From NCBI GenBank assembly GCA_030167865.1, contig JALAGF010000008.1, positions 1-64,000 on the forward strand: a stretch of DNA of 64,000 bases. Reading direction: 5' to 3'. Below the pieces are notes generated by a model. It did no database searches, was not told where the DNA came from, and saw nothing but the letters and a program-made list of their open reading frames with translations. Source of the DNA: Craspedostauros australis (Eukaryota). Shown piece by piece: positions 44,694 to 58,024 of the stretch (its first letter is position 1; each line of letters begins with the position of its first letter). Made by a program: the position numbers and the translations under genes.

Positions 44694-47309
44694 CTACCAA
44701 GCAAAGCTGGATCTGGAAATACCACCACCATTATTCGTCGCTTGTTGAGCATTGGTGGCCGTGCTCTGCTGGGCCTGCGATTGCGTTGGCAGAGTGATGC
44801 TGTTGCGCGTTTGCTGTTGCATGAGCTGTTGTTGCATGGCCATGGGGTTCATGCCTGCCATTTGGAACGGCATCATGTTGTTCATGCCGACGTTGCCTTG
44901 CATGGCAGCGGCTGCAGCAGCCGCCGCCATCTGCTGCTGCTGCTGGGTTCCCATCATACCTCCGTTCATGACGGGGTTGAATCCGCCCATCATGCCCATG
45001 CCCATTCCCATGTTCATTCCCATTCCCATGTTGGCAGCGGCGGCGTTCATCATCATGCTCTGTTGTTGGTGCTGATTTTGTTGTTGTTGTTGTTGCTGCT
45101 GCTGCTGTTGTTGCAGGAGGAGTCCCATCTGCTGCTGTTGCATGGGGTTCATCGTCGCCATGCCGTTGTTCATCAGCTGCTGGGAAGCGATGAAGGAGTT
45201 GCGATTCATGTTGGCCATGGGGTTGCCACCGCTCATCTGTCGGGCCAGCGCTTGCTGTTGCAGGAGACCCTGTTGCTGGTTCTGCATGAGCTGCTGCTGG
45301 ATGGCGGCGGGGGTCATGCCTCCTTGCTGCTGCATCTGGCCTTGCTTTTGGTTGGGCATGGACTGTCCCTGCAGGAGCGCCGCATTTCCCATTGCTGGGT
45401 TGGACGCGTTGTTGCCGCTCATCATGTTCGGAGATGTGGTCTGGGTCGTGGAGCTGTTCTGCCCAGCCGTTGCATTCGCATTCGTGCCTGCCGCTGCATT
45501 GCCATTGTTGGTGGCGTTGTTTGTAGTGGCGGCTGCACCTGTGATATTTGAAGCGTTCAAAGGAGGTTGCGAGTTGGTGCTCGTATCCATGTCGGATGTT
45601 TGCATGGGTGTGATTGCAGCATTGAGATTTGGGTTGGAACTGGCAGTAGCGTTGGTGGTGCTCGAGATGGGATTCATGTTGCCCACAACCGTGTTGAGTG
45701 GATTCATCGTGTTCACCGCGCCCATTGCATTGTTGTTCGTGGAATTGGATGCATTCATGTTCATTGCATTCGTGTTGTTGTTGTTGTTAACGTTGTTGTT
45801 GTTGTTCATACCGCCCATACTCATGTTGTTGCTGCTGTTGTTGCCAATCATGGTCGACGTATGGGCAGGCGCGGAGGTTTCTCGTCGCAGGGGTGGAGGA
45901 GGCATCATGCTGATGTCGATGGAAGATGGTGTCATGACCTCCGATTGTTGCCTTCGCATCTTGGGCAAGTCGAGGAAGGAAGCATCGCCACCTCCGTTGT
46001 TGTTGTTAACGTTGTTGTTGTTGTTGTTGTTGTTGTCAACCATGAGAGGTTCCATGACGCTGTCACGAGAGAGCGGACCGATGCTATCCAAGCCATTGTT
46101 GTGACTGGCGATGCTGTTTGTGAAGCTCTCATCGATGGAACCCAGCTGGATCTGCGAGCTCATGGAGGATCTGGACATGGGCCGCCTATTGTTGTTGTCA
46201 CCAATGTTCTTGCCATCACCACCTGTGTTGAACATGACACGCGGGTTGGACGGGATCATGGAGGTGGAAGATCTGCGCTGTGGATTCCTGTGGTCCGGGC
46301 CAGAGCTCTTGTAATGTTTGGTGATGGCGGAGGCAAGCTTGGCAAGCCGTCTCTTGAGCGTCCTCCGGTCCAGGTAGGCATCGAGGCAGACGGCGTTCTT
46401 GTAGAGCTGGTTCTCCAACATGCGCGCCTTGAGTGCCAGCCGTTCCATCCATTCTTTGCTCTGGTTGTCTCGCTTTCGCGCAAACAGCAGTTTGGCACTT
46501 TGGATTGAATTGTGAATGTGATGGGAATGTCACAAAGTGAGAAACGAAGTAGTGGAACGTATGCGACCACACAGAAACGCATCGAGCAAAAAGACTTACA
46601 TGTCCCGAATCATGGCCTGACGATGCGCAAAGTCCGCGGCTTCGGAATGCCACGTGGGTGGAGGCAATCCATTCTCGGCCGATTCGTTGTGAGCGGATGA
46701 TCGACGTTTCTTCGCTTTCTTGTTCTTCTTGGGAGGTGCGTTCTTGGCGTCCGATGGCTTGTCCGGTGACTTGGTTTTGGTGTTCGTGGAGGCGTCCTGC
46801 ATCTGGGCGTCACCGTCATCGTCGTGGTTGTTGGAGGAAGTCTTGGACTTGGAGGAGGATCCTGCAGCAGATGTGTTGGACGACGACGCGGCATCGGGAT
46901 CTTCGCGCTTGGCGGATGATGTCGCCGCGTCGGACATGGCGCTGCAGGATGGATCGGAGCTTGATGCCGGCGTCGCGGAGGATTGCGCATTGCTGCTCTT
47001 GTCCTCATCATCGTCGTCTTCGTCTTCGTCGTCAGGTCCAAAGGACTGCGGGTTGAGAGACTCGGGATTGATGCTGTTCAAGCGCGGATCAAAGAGCGAG
47101 GAATCGACGGCGTTGTCCTCCTCGTCGAAGATGTCGTTGTAGTCATCCTCGAACATGGCCGCCGTGTCCAGCGCATCGAGGTCGTCCGGCATGAGGGAGT
47201 GGCGTTTGGCCATCATGTTGCCACGGTGTGCGGGCGCAGGTCCTCCACCGCTTCCTGTTGTGAGTCCCTCGTGATTGCGCGGCAAAGGGATGGGATCTTC
47301 TGCTGTCAT
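44694..47309 (-). CDS. KIX-like (Med15/CBP-type) helical domain protein with a Q/N/M-rich C-terminus, ~837 aa; putative transcriptional co-activator
   Basis: Exons 47309-46600 and 46497-44694 (102-bp GTAAG...AAG intron) give WHSEAADFAHRQAMIRDIAKLL...WMERLALKARMLENQLYKNA...YLDRRTLKRRL, followed by poly-N and poly-Q tracts. Confidence 0.72.
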
Positions 47310-49246
47310 GTCTGAGATGCTGCAGATGCGTGGCTGTTCGATTGTCCAGGTGAGACAGGAGCTGTCAGTGCAGTTGATATGCTGGCAGCGCGTATTCTGT
47401 GTAATAGTAGAATAGTGTGAGCGCAGTGCTCTGCTTCTCTTCCAAGGTTCCTCCGGAGCGTGCTCTGTGTGTACTCTGCGTGTACTCTCTACACGTATGG
47501 CCTATTCAGGTTCTCTTCGCTGCAAAGCTTTTCTCGTGAAGGTTGTTTGGCTCAAGGTCCCTGATTCCCACAAGCCTTGCGTGTCAGACCTCAGAAACTG
47601 TTCGTGCGCGTAGAAGCAGGCTCTGATCCTCGCTCTGATCCTCGCTGTGCTTGTTGTTGTTCTGCCGAATGTCCCTGGCTTTCACTGCGTGGACGCGACG
47701 CTCTGCGGTATGGAACCTGATGTCGTGGCGGATGCTCAGCAACAGAGTAAAGTAGAGTGCGTCTGTTCTGGATTTTGACAGCACTTGCGTGTGTTGTGTC
47801 GTTCGCCGTCTCCGCTCCAGAGTACAGCACTCGCGATGCGTGGTGCAGACACCGATCAACGAGCGGTCTTTTTTGTGGATGCACAGGTACAACCGATCAA
47901 TGCAGCGATGGACAACCTGGAAGGGATGCCGCTTGGGTGGATGTAAGAGAGCAGGGGTAGTCGAACGGCGGCCTCGTGCGGTTGCCGTCGTCGTGGATCG
48001 GTTGGGCTGGTGTTGGTGCTGATGACAATGGCGTTGATGTTCACAATCGGGAGGGCCCTCGTCCAACACAAGGCAGCAACACAGAGAAGGCACCAAGAAA
48101 CATGGCCCAAGTCTTGGTATTTCTTGCTCTCCTGCGTTTCAATCGTTGTCCAGAGAACACAAAAACACAAACACCGCCGTCAACTCGACACAAACACCGC
48201 AACACAACGCCAAGAAAAGGAAAGAGACGCACAGAGAACAAGAGGCGGCGCAATGCAGTTTTCGGACCGTATCTCAAAACTGCATTCAGGTACAACTTTA
48301 TACGCACGATTTTATGTAGATAATACTGTATACAGTATTGGAGTACTTTTATAGTCCTAACGAGAACTGCGGAGGCTTCGTGTTCTGGATTCTCCGCGCG
48401 AGGCGGATCGTCGTCACAAAGTCGGGTGTTGGCGCGTCTTTTCTCTTTTGACGCATGTGTGTGCACGACCATGAAAGGAGACGTCCACAACATCAACCCA
48501 AACCAGACACCACATCACATGAAATGGATTTGAAAGATTGTGGAGAGTGGGGCATGCATACTCGTAGTACTCGGATGGAATGTCAATTCGTTTGCGTCTT
48601 GTCTTGATTCGTCGTTCTTCACGATGGATGGATGGATGATGGTCACGTCCCGATCCTGCATACGAAACCAAACATGGCATAGCTCGCGGAGCAGCCGAGA
48701 CAAAACGGATAGGCATGAATCGATTGAGCGCCTTTGCGTCTGGATACGTCATGCTATTGCTGATGCCAACTCCTATGACTATGAATGTGCTCTTCGAGAG
48801 GTGCGAACAGTCTCCGATCAGTGGGCGATTGCCCTGCAGCCTTCTCGACCGAGAGAACAGTAGAGTCCACAAATGGTCACCGTCAGATACGTTGGTCAGG
48901 CTGATGATCTATTCTTCAAGAGTGCACACAGACAGGATCTCATCCATGAAGCAGATGATCATGCGCAGGTTGCCATACGTAAATCTGGGACATCTTCTCG
49001 ACCATAGTCGTACAATACAATGCTCCACTGTTCTCTGCTCCTGTTTTCTACAAGTGAAATGGCGTGTACTCTAGTATACGATCTACTCGTACGTGCTGTT
49101 TTACATTCATCAATCTACATGTCTTCCCCAGAGAAACACTCCCACTTGCAATGCAATGCAATGCAACGGATGTATCGCCACTCCATTATCATCCAATCGG
49201 CCGGTTGAATCAGCCGATTCGTTCGTACCCTCTACATACCAATTGT

Positions 49247-52200
49247 CTACCGCAAACCGCACGACGACTGATCATCGCTGAACCTGCCATTCGACGCCGC
49301 CTCATCATCGCTGTGTTCGATGCAGTACATCACGTCGTCATCGTTCGTGATCCCAGGCGTGTCCATCATGACGACCGTCTTCCACGGATGTTTCTTCTTC
49401 TTCCTGCGCTTTCCGCGTTGGCTGGGTGCGGAGATGATGCTGGCGTTGTCACAACCGCCGTCGTCGCTGCTGTTGACGGGATACAGCTTGCTGGATCCGA
49501 CGAAGCGTTGCAGCTGAATGTCCTTGTGCGGCACCTTGGATGCATCTGCGGTTGTCTTGGCGGGTGATGCAGCGTCTCCCGGAAGATGGAATCCTCGGAT
49601 CATGGTCAGATCGATGAATTCCGACGATTCCTCATGTGTGCCGTCCACCAAATCCACGACGTCGCAATTGCTGGATGCCACGTTCATGTTGTCGTCGTTG
49701 TCATCATTCAGCAAGGCATGCAAATCTTCTGCGGCAGTGTCGCTGAGACCATCGTCCTTGTCGTCGTCGATCCCGACGCGTTGCATCGTCCAATCGCTCT
49801 CCGTCGGGTCGTCGCACTTGCGAGCGTCGCTCTCCGTGTTGCCTTCCAGATCCGTCAGCGGCGCGATCTGGGATGTCCCCGAGGTCTCGCCGCCGCTGTC
49901 GTCCAGCAGAACGATGGGCTGGGGGATCGGACGCAGCAGGTCTGGAAAGACCACCATCGGGTTCTCGTCAACGGATGCAGTAGAATCGCCGAAGGACATG
50001 ACGGGTGGGATCGCAACACCAACACCCGCGTCGACTGGTAGCTTCGAGGTTTGGATGGATTGGATCGACATGAGGTCCACGCCGGTCGCCGTCAACGATC
50101 CGGGCATCGAGGGCGAAGCGGATGACGATGCCACCGACTGCGGTGGGGACTGTCCGCTTCGCCGGACTGGGGATAGAACGAGCATCGAGCCACTGTCGTG
50201 GCGATGGTAGTTGTCGGCGGTGATGCTGTTGGCGTCAAATGCCATGGCCGCTTCGGTGATGGCGTCGTTTTGATCGGACTGCGTAGGTTGCGATGTTGCT
50301 GAGGAAGACTGGTCGGATGATGACTCGTCTGAAGAATCCTCTGCGACGTCAACCAGCGCTGGTGTGTCCAGCGTGGCGAACATATTGACGCGGTGTGGTC
50401 GGTCGGACCATGCCTTGTTATCATCCGTTGTGGATTCGATGTAGACCCGAGTTTTGGCCGCGGATGGTTCGGAGAATGGAGCCACCTCCGAAGACTCGGC
50501 GAGCTGATCGGTGAGCTCTCCCTGGTACAATGCTTCGCCATTGCCATTCCTGCTGTTGCTCATTTCGGCCTTGATGATGTGGTTTCCAACTGCCATGGAG
50601 GACATCATTTGACGAGCGTGACTGCTCCCCATCTTCATGTCTGTGATCGTCGACGAAGTGCCTGGGGGTGGTGGCAACGAGCTAAACTCCGATGCCATCC
50701 CGCTTGCCCTTGTGTCAACCTCCGTTCCAATCTTAGAAGCACCCTCTCCGCCGTCGCTGTCATCTTCTATGTCGTCATCGTCCGTGCTGTCTCCGCTGTC
50801 GTCTTCTGTGCCATCCTCGCTGCTGTCCTCACTGCTGCCCTCACTATCATCCTCGCTTTCATCTCCGATACCTCCTTCGGTGTTGCTTTCGCCACCATCG
50901 GCGAACGTAGCGTACGAATGTGATTGAGCAACGACCACTTGCTTTGGTCCCAAGGTGGATTCTTCCTGGCCATACGTGTCGTTATCAAGAGTGCTGCAGT
51001 TGGCGCTGTTTCCATCTGTGCGCCGAGAGGAATCTGCGTCATCAGAATCTTCCTCATCTGTCGAACCGGCAGCCAGCTGAGCGAATTTATCCTCCCAATT
51101 AGTCAGAAGATCGGGGAACTCCATCTCGGTGCCGACCTGCCCCTTGCGGCGTTGCTGTTCGCTAAGCTCGGTCCTAGTCTGCATTGCATCAGGCTGCAGG
51201 TTTGCCTTGGCAAGCAAATCAGGGAAGACTTGCACAGCGAGGTCATTCATCTTCCCGGTGGATAATGTTGCCTCATCATCTGCATCGTTGGCATTGTTCG
51301 CGTTGTTGGTGTTGTCAGAAGTCTCCTTCTTCGGTGCATCCGGTTCAGATCTGCTCGGACGGAACCTGCTGATGAAGCCATGGAAGAGCCGCCCGCTCAC
51401 GGCGGTTTCAAGCAACCCCATCGACCGTGCGGAGGCCGCGGACAGCCGTGATTGGATGGAGCCGCCGTTCGTATTCTCGCCTGCGGATATGGCATCTGCA
51501 CCATCTTGATTGGGAGCATTTGGATCGCCATTCTTGCTGTTTGAGAAGGTCGATACTGAAGATGATGAATTCCCCGTGCCGTCGTCTTCACTGAAATCCA
51601 CAGGCGCAAGCCAGACCCTCTTCCCATCTTGTTCGTCGACCACGGCAGGAAACGCCCCGATATGATCATCCTTGCGCTTCTCATTCTCGCCCATGAGATG
51701 CTGCTTGAGGTCCGCAAGCGTCCCAAGCCTTCGCTTGCGCTTCATCGTCCACAAGACGAAGATGGCAATGAAGATCGGCACTGCGATGAACAGCATGAAC
51801 TTAGCAACACGTATGGCTCGAGATCGTCGTTTCACAGTCTTCACTTCGCGTTTGCACCCAGCGACCTGCATGCATGTGAGGCAGATCGGACAATCGGGTG
51901 GGCAGAGCTTGGCTTCGTCACATGTCAGCTTGCCTTCCGCCAGCAGTTCCTCCGCGAAGGCGCATTGACAATTTGGATTGTTCGGCCTGTTCTCCTCTCC
52001 GCATGACAGTGCCAAATCCCACATCCACAAATCGTGGTACGTGGAGCATTCTTCGATGTTGAAGGCATCGTAGGGTGTGTCAACGTCCTCATCTGTATCT
52101 CCGTAATCGACCACGACTACTTCTTCGTACTCTCCAGTGGTTGGATTGTAGTAGTAGCTGCGACAAAAGGGGTTCGAACAGAGTGGTGAAGAAGTGTGAG

Positions 52201-53167
52201 CAAAGATGATGAAGAGTTATGATGCCCATATTGATGTGCAGGGTTGTTGGTCAGGGGGCGACTCCAGATGAGAATGCTGCCCGAAGAAAGCGCAGCCCTC
52301 AAGCAACCGTATGTGAAAAACAAAGCACAAAATGCAAACTCACGTTGTTTGATCATCTTGATCGTTGCCATTTCCATCCCCATTTTGGGCGTTGTAATTG
52401 CCATCGCCACCGTTGCCATTCTTCTGTGCATTGCCATCGTAGTTGTAGTTGTTGCCATCGCCACCATCTCCGTCGCCATTCCCATTGTTGTTGTCACCAT
52501 TGCCATTGCCATTGTCGTTGCCATCGTTGTTTCCTCCATTGTTGTTGTTTCCATTTCCATTTCCACCATTTCCATTGTTGTTGTCACCGTTGTTATTGTT
52601 TCCATTTCCATTGTTGCCGTTGTTGTTTCCATTTCCATTGCTGCCGTTGTTGTTTCCATTTCCATTGTTGCCACCATTACCACCATTCCCATTGCCGCTG
52701 TTGCTCCCACCACCGTTCGTGGTTATGCCGGATGATCCGTAGGCACTACCACCAACCACGATATCAACAGTGGTGCCATCACTTGTGTGCGAGACGTATC
52801 CGCAGACAGCCATACTGCCACCCATTTCCCAGTACGAGGCAAGCTCATCGCTGGTGAGACTCAAGCATCCGTCGTATCCATTCTCTGTCCACCCGACGCC
52901 GGATCCTCCCGTGCCTCCGCTGCCTCCCTTGCCACTGCCTTTTCCGCTCAATTGTCGTGGGCTCTGTCTCGCGGGGCTGGAATGTCTCAAGGATGGATGC
53001 ACATCCTCATCTTCCTTGATCATTCGTGTTTCCTCGTTCCGCCATTCTCGACGTCCGGCGTTGGTGGGTCTTCTGCGATGTCCCGTGACCCTTCTGTTTG
53101 CTGCGCGCACACCAAGCGTGAGGAGCGCCAAGAGGACTGTCACCGTCAGCTGAATTGATCGCATCAT
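49247..53167 (-). CDS. Type I membrane protein A (~1244 aa): signal peptide, RQL motif, GN-rich repeat, 8-Cys domain, one TM helix, long acidic tail
   Basis: Exons 53167-52344 and 52157-49247 (GTGAG...CAG, phase 2). Signal MMRSIQLTVTVLLALLTLGVRA; TM FMLFIAVPIFIAIFVLWTM followed by KRKRR. Confidence 0.82.
52380..52720 (-). repeat. Coding Gly/Asn-rich low-complexity repeat (protein A)
   Basis: Imperfect GNGNNN/GNGG units; boundaries approximate. Confidence 0.85.
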
Positions 53168-54269
53168 GGTGTGGTCTGTTGTTCTCCTTGGTCTTCCACT
53201 CAGTACGACCCCTGAGAGAGAATGATAATCGTTGGTATGGATATAGTATGAGTGGGTGATCTTGGAATAGAGTACTTTGCTCTCACTTCGCTTCACCTCG
53301 ATTTGCTTCTGTTTGATTTGGTTTGTGTCGTCAGGCGTGGGTGTTTGTCCTCCTGGTGTTGCTGTTTGAGTCTTTGTTGTTCAATGTCCTCGAGAACTGG
53401 TACTGCTGCTGTTGCCGGAGAATGGAGACTGTTGGAGGATGAAGGGAACACAGGATCATGAACTGTGCTGTTGCATGCGACTGCATTCCATGCCGTGCGA
53501 TGTCATGCATTGTTGTGTGATGGTTGCCAACCGATTTGTGTTGGGTTTTTGCCGAATTTTGTGGAGGTGCGTCAACACAAATTGTGTCCCCTAATTGTGA
53601 GCGTCACACATGCGCGCAACCCCTATGTAACGTTTCACCTAACGTTTGCATCCAACCGTTGGGCTGCACCCTCCGAAGCCAACACACATGATTTGGGGAA
53701 CTCCATCCATCTCACCACCTCTTCCCAACGTACTCCTGTTTCTGGGGCAAGGAGGAGCAACACTCTCCGAGCACCGATGTCACGATCAAGGCGCTCCTCT
53801 GGAATGGAGAACCGTGCTCTCCCAGAAGTACGACCATTGTTTCGCCTAGCAATCAGGTTTCATGGCAAGAGCAGAAATGAGCAGAAATGGAATAGTAGAG
53901 TAGCTCATGGAGAGGATAGCTCGCCTGTCGCATGCAAGTAATCTTCAGACGGGTGGAGCTCATCCATCCGTCCACCCACCTCACCACCTCACCACTCAAT
54001 CGCCTACCCGACTGCTCAGTCCAGAATGTGAAAGAATAAGTTCACAGGGGTTCTACGTACTTTACGTTGTCTTTGTTTGTTGTCACTGTACAGATATGCA
54101 TTCGGAATATTCATCCGTGGCTCTTCTCTCTTTCGTCTCGTCCTGCTTCAAGAGCACGAGTTGGGTAGTCCACGTTCGTTTCTTCGATTTTCTATGGCAT
54201 TGGCATGATCGGTTGCTGATGAGATCACATATGATATGTAGTACTCGTATGTACGAGCTATTTGTCTCA

Positions 54270-56471
54270 TTATGAAAACATGTCCGAACAACCAGTGTCC
54301 ATTAGGAAATCGTCCTGTGTTGTATCGACGGAACTATCCTCTCCATCTTCGTCCCCTTCGTCCACTGTCGATGGCATCGCCGACAGAAAAGGTTGGGGTG
54401 GGCTTGTTGAAACAGAGGGTGTGCTGGCGACGGTCTCGTCGACTGTTGGGGCAGTCTCGGCGGAGGCCTGCGTGGTATCATCCTGCTCTGGCTTCTTGGG
54501 TTTGGGCACCGTCACAGGGATGAAAGTGGGAAGGCCACCAGGTCCCAGCAGCGCCTCCTGACTGTATGGATCGATGCCCAGCATCTGTGGCGGATCGATA
54601 GCTCGCTGCGGTGGATCGGGCGCTCTGTGCGCCGGCACGTTGCCCGAAATTGGTGGTTCGTACTCACCGTCGCGATGATTCGTCTCGACGAAGTTGGCGC
54701 CAAGTAGACCCTTGTTTGCGGCATCGCCTTGCTGCTGTCTTCTGAGATGGCAGCAGGCCAGCGCGGCTACCAGCGCGACGATGGCAGCTGCGATGGCGTA
54801 TAGGATGATATTCGTGGGGATGATGCGTGTTCTGGTGTAGTTTCCTTCGTCTCCGCAGATGAGTTCGAGGCATGTGCTGCAGATCGAGCAATCCGCCGGA
54901 CAGTTCGACAGGTCGTCGCAGGACAGCGATCCCAGGTTCATGAGATCCTGGGTCATGGTGCATTCGCAGTTTTCGAGGCTGTATTCGCTGTCGCAGGTCA
55001 TGGACAGATCCCAGAGCCAGAGATTGTTGTAGGTGTCGCACTGTTGAACATGAATGAAAGGCAAAAGGGAAGAACAAGAAAGAGAGAGAGGGGGAACGAT
55101 ACATCCGAGCAAGATGGTGAGCAACGATGACTGTAGAAGTCAGCATGAAGGATGGTACTTGTTTGTTGAATTCTGTGCAACATCGACTGAACGTACCTGC
55201 GTAATGTCGAAGTCGGTGTATGGATCGTAGGCTTCATTTTCATCGTTGCTGCCATTGTTGTCATCCTCGTCTCCATTCGCGTACTCTTCATTAGTCACAG
55301 TGACTTCGTCGCCATCATCACCATCACCGCCATCTCCACCATTACCGTCGTTTCCATTTCCTCCATTGTTTCCGTTTCCACCATCGTTGTTTCCGTTTCC
55401 ACCGTTTCCATTATTTCCGTTTCCTCCATTATTTCCATTTCCACCGTTGTTGTTGTTGCCGTTTCCACCATTGTTGTTTCCATTTCCACCGTTGTTGTTG
55501 TTACCGTTTCCACCATTGTTGTTTCCATTGCCGTTGTTTCCATTTCCACCATTGTTACCGTTTTCATTACCACCGTTTCCGTTTCCACCATTTCCATTGC
55601 CTCCATTTCCGTTTCCACCATTTCCGTTTCCACCATTGCCTCCATTTCCGTTTCCACCGTTGCCTCCACTACTCCCGCCACTTCCTCCGCTGCTTCCGCT
55701 GCTTCCGCCGCCACTTCCGCTTCCCCCACTGCCTCCACTGCTTCCGCCACCACTGCCGCCACCGCTTCCCCCGCTGCCTCCACTGCTTCCACCACCACTG
55801 CTTCCACCACCGCTTCCGCCACCACTGCCGCCACTGCTGCCGCCACCACTTCCACTGTGTCATAGAATAGTTCAAAGACGAGATGCAGATAATTTGAGAA
55901 CAAATGGGTGAGGAACATGGTGTCCGCGAATGCATGTACGAGGGCATGCAACAAGAGGATGCACACAGAGAGAATTCAAGCCATCAGTTGCATGATCGTT
56001 GCACGTACCCGTTATGATGAACGTAGGAACAAGATGGTGCGTTGCCCTTGAATTTCCACATTTCAGACAGCTCACTATCCGTGTATAAGAGGCATCCATA
56101 GCTCGGGGTGGAGGAAGACGACGATGATCCGCCTCCCTTCCCGGCTGTGGTGCGCGTTGAAAGAAAGAACAGAGAATCGGACAAGGGAAGCCAAGAACGG
56201 ATACGTTAGAGTGGAACTTTCGTGATGCGACCATGGCGCTTGGAATGGTGATGGACTGGGAAAGGCTGTGACAGGGGAGGTGCGACAGCCGATCCTCCAA
56301 CGTCGCTATGCTTCGGCATGCAGGTGGTGACTTACGTAGCCGTCTCTGTCTCTGCTCCATGACCTCTGTCTTCGGAAACTGAACGCCTCTGATTCTGCCT
56401 GATCCTCTCGCAGCGTTCGTGCTGCTCAGAAGGCATGCCATGAAAGCGACGGCAAGTGTTGGTGACCTCAT
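54270..56471 (-). CDS. Type I membrane protein B (~566 aa), tandem paralog of protein A
   Basis: Exons 56471-56336, 56144-56009, 55854-55197 and 55040-54270 have consistent phases (1,2,0). Signal peptide, RRL, GS- and GN-rich repeats, CDTYNNLWLWDLSMTC...CPADCSICSTCLELIC, TM IILYAIAAAIVALVAALACC. Confidence 0.82.
55320..55853 (-). repeat. Coding (GSGG)n then (GNGGN)n low-complexity repeat (protein B)
   Basis: Appears as P/F/L-rich antisense ORF 55246..55911; the sense frame is Gly/Ser then Gly/Asn. Boundaries approximate. Confidence 0.85.
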
Positions 56472-56518
56472 CGTGTCCTCTGTCTATTCGTATGGAGTGT
56501 GTAGAACGTTTGTGTGGC

Positions 56519-56551
56519 GTGATGTGATGTGATGTGATGTGATGTGATGTG
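56519..56551. repeat. (GATGT)n microsatellite
   Basis: About six tandem GATGT units upstream of gene B. Confidence 0.85.
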
Positions 56552-57951
56552 TTGCCTCGTTTCAACTCTGCCTGCCCTGGTCACTTGGTTTATTAGTATG
56601 CCGATGCGTTGTCGATTGGTTGATTGATTGATGCTATGTCACACAGAGAGTAGTGGACATGGATGAATTGTCGGGGTTGATGGGTGGATGATTGATTGTG
56701 TGCCTCCTGTTGCTTCATCAGAGTTCCGCGATTTGTGTCTCTTGTCGTTAGTATTGGTGTTGGTGATTGCGGTTGCGCCCCAATTCTCGTTCCTGGGCGT
56801 GCCGCCCAGCCCATCCTCTCCTTGTTGGAGTGCAATCACATGTCCAGACGGTGTTTCTCGTTGCCGATCACACGTACGAACAGAGTGCACTTGGCGCACA
56901 CGAGGGAGGCTGAGATGGAAAGACCGCGGCACTGGAATGTCTGTGTGTGAATCTCACAGAGCACCACCACAACCGACACAGATGGCATCCAAATTTTGGC
57001 CGGAGGTGCAAATTGTGATGGAACCACATGAAAGTTCTGGACGATTCGTGGATAAAACTCCATGTGTAACACCAATAACCCCAGCCGTTGCGCGAGCCGA
57101 CCGTGAGCAAAACGCATGCGGCGCCTATGTAATCACGGTCTGACGAGCTGCTCGATAATTTTCACACACGAAAATTCCTCATTCCCTTCGCGACCAGACC
57201 GCGAAGTCGCCAAACGGGAGCAGAACCGAATAAGCACAGACGGACAAATCCAGGAACGATTTGGTGTTGTTGTTGCGCAATCTCGTCTCCAAATCACACG
57301 TCGCCATCCCCATCGCCGTGATCTCCATCTGTGAAACGACGGACATGATCAAGAAAGAGAGAGAAGACAGGAAGAAGAATCATCATCATGTCGCGATGGA
57401 TGACCGGGTAATAAGTGTTCATGAATAGTTCACGTGCTTGTAGATGGAGGTTGCTCCCGAAGAGGACTGCATTCTTGCTCCACCTTCACAAGATGCCCAC
57501 AATCCATCATCACACAATGATGTCCATGTTTGTCCTGCTCATCGTACCGTACCCAAAGTTTGCTCTCCGTGTGCACAGATGTTAGAATCGCTGTTGTTCA
57601 AAGAGTAGGACTGCGGAAGGCGTTTCTGCCGTCATGCTGTGTTGAGTTATGTCACTATCTTGAATGACCAGCTCGTCTCATGCATGAACAACGATGATGA
57701 TGCCTGAGATTACTTCGCAAACCGAGAAGCAGAGTGTGGATCTTGCTTGCACACCACACACCGCACTCTTCACGAAATGATGCCAATAAGCTGAACCCTA
57801 TCTGCCGTACTCGTACGAGCTGCTGAGTCCGCAGATGCTCCTATCCGTCACTGTTGTTGCTGGAGTGGAAGCAAAAGAAAGGTTGAGATGAACCAGACAA
57901 AGCGCTGTGGACGCGCGCAAAACTGTGCCTTGTGTGCCGAACAACAAAATA

Positions 57952-58024
57952 TTCCGCTACCGGGACTCGAACCCGGGTCTCAACGGTGAGAGCGTCGTAT
58001 GATAACCACCTACACTATAGCGGA
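57952..58024 (-). tRNA. tRNA-Glu (CUC), copy 1, anticodon-stem variant
   Basis: 73-nt cloverleaf TCCGCTA...CGACG CT-CTC-AC CGTTG...TTCGAGT...TAGCGGA-A, followed by a T-run. Confidence 0.95.

Noticed and set aside
47757-47960. Signal-peptide-like Cys-rich small ORF
   Set aside because: GTG start with an in-frame stop just upstream and no ATG; probably chance.
52117-55966. METTT-, P/F/L- and WWRQ-rich ORFs
   Set aside because: Alternate-frame or antisense shadows of the GN/GS coding repeats.
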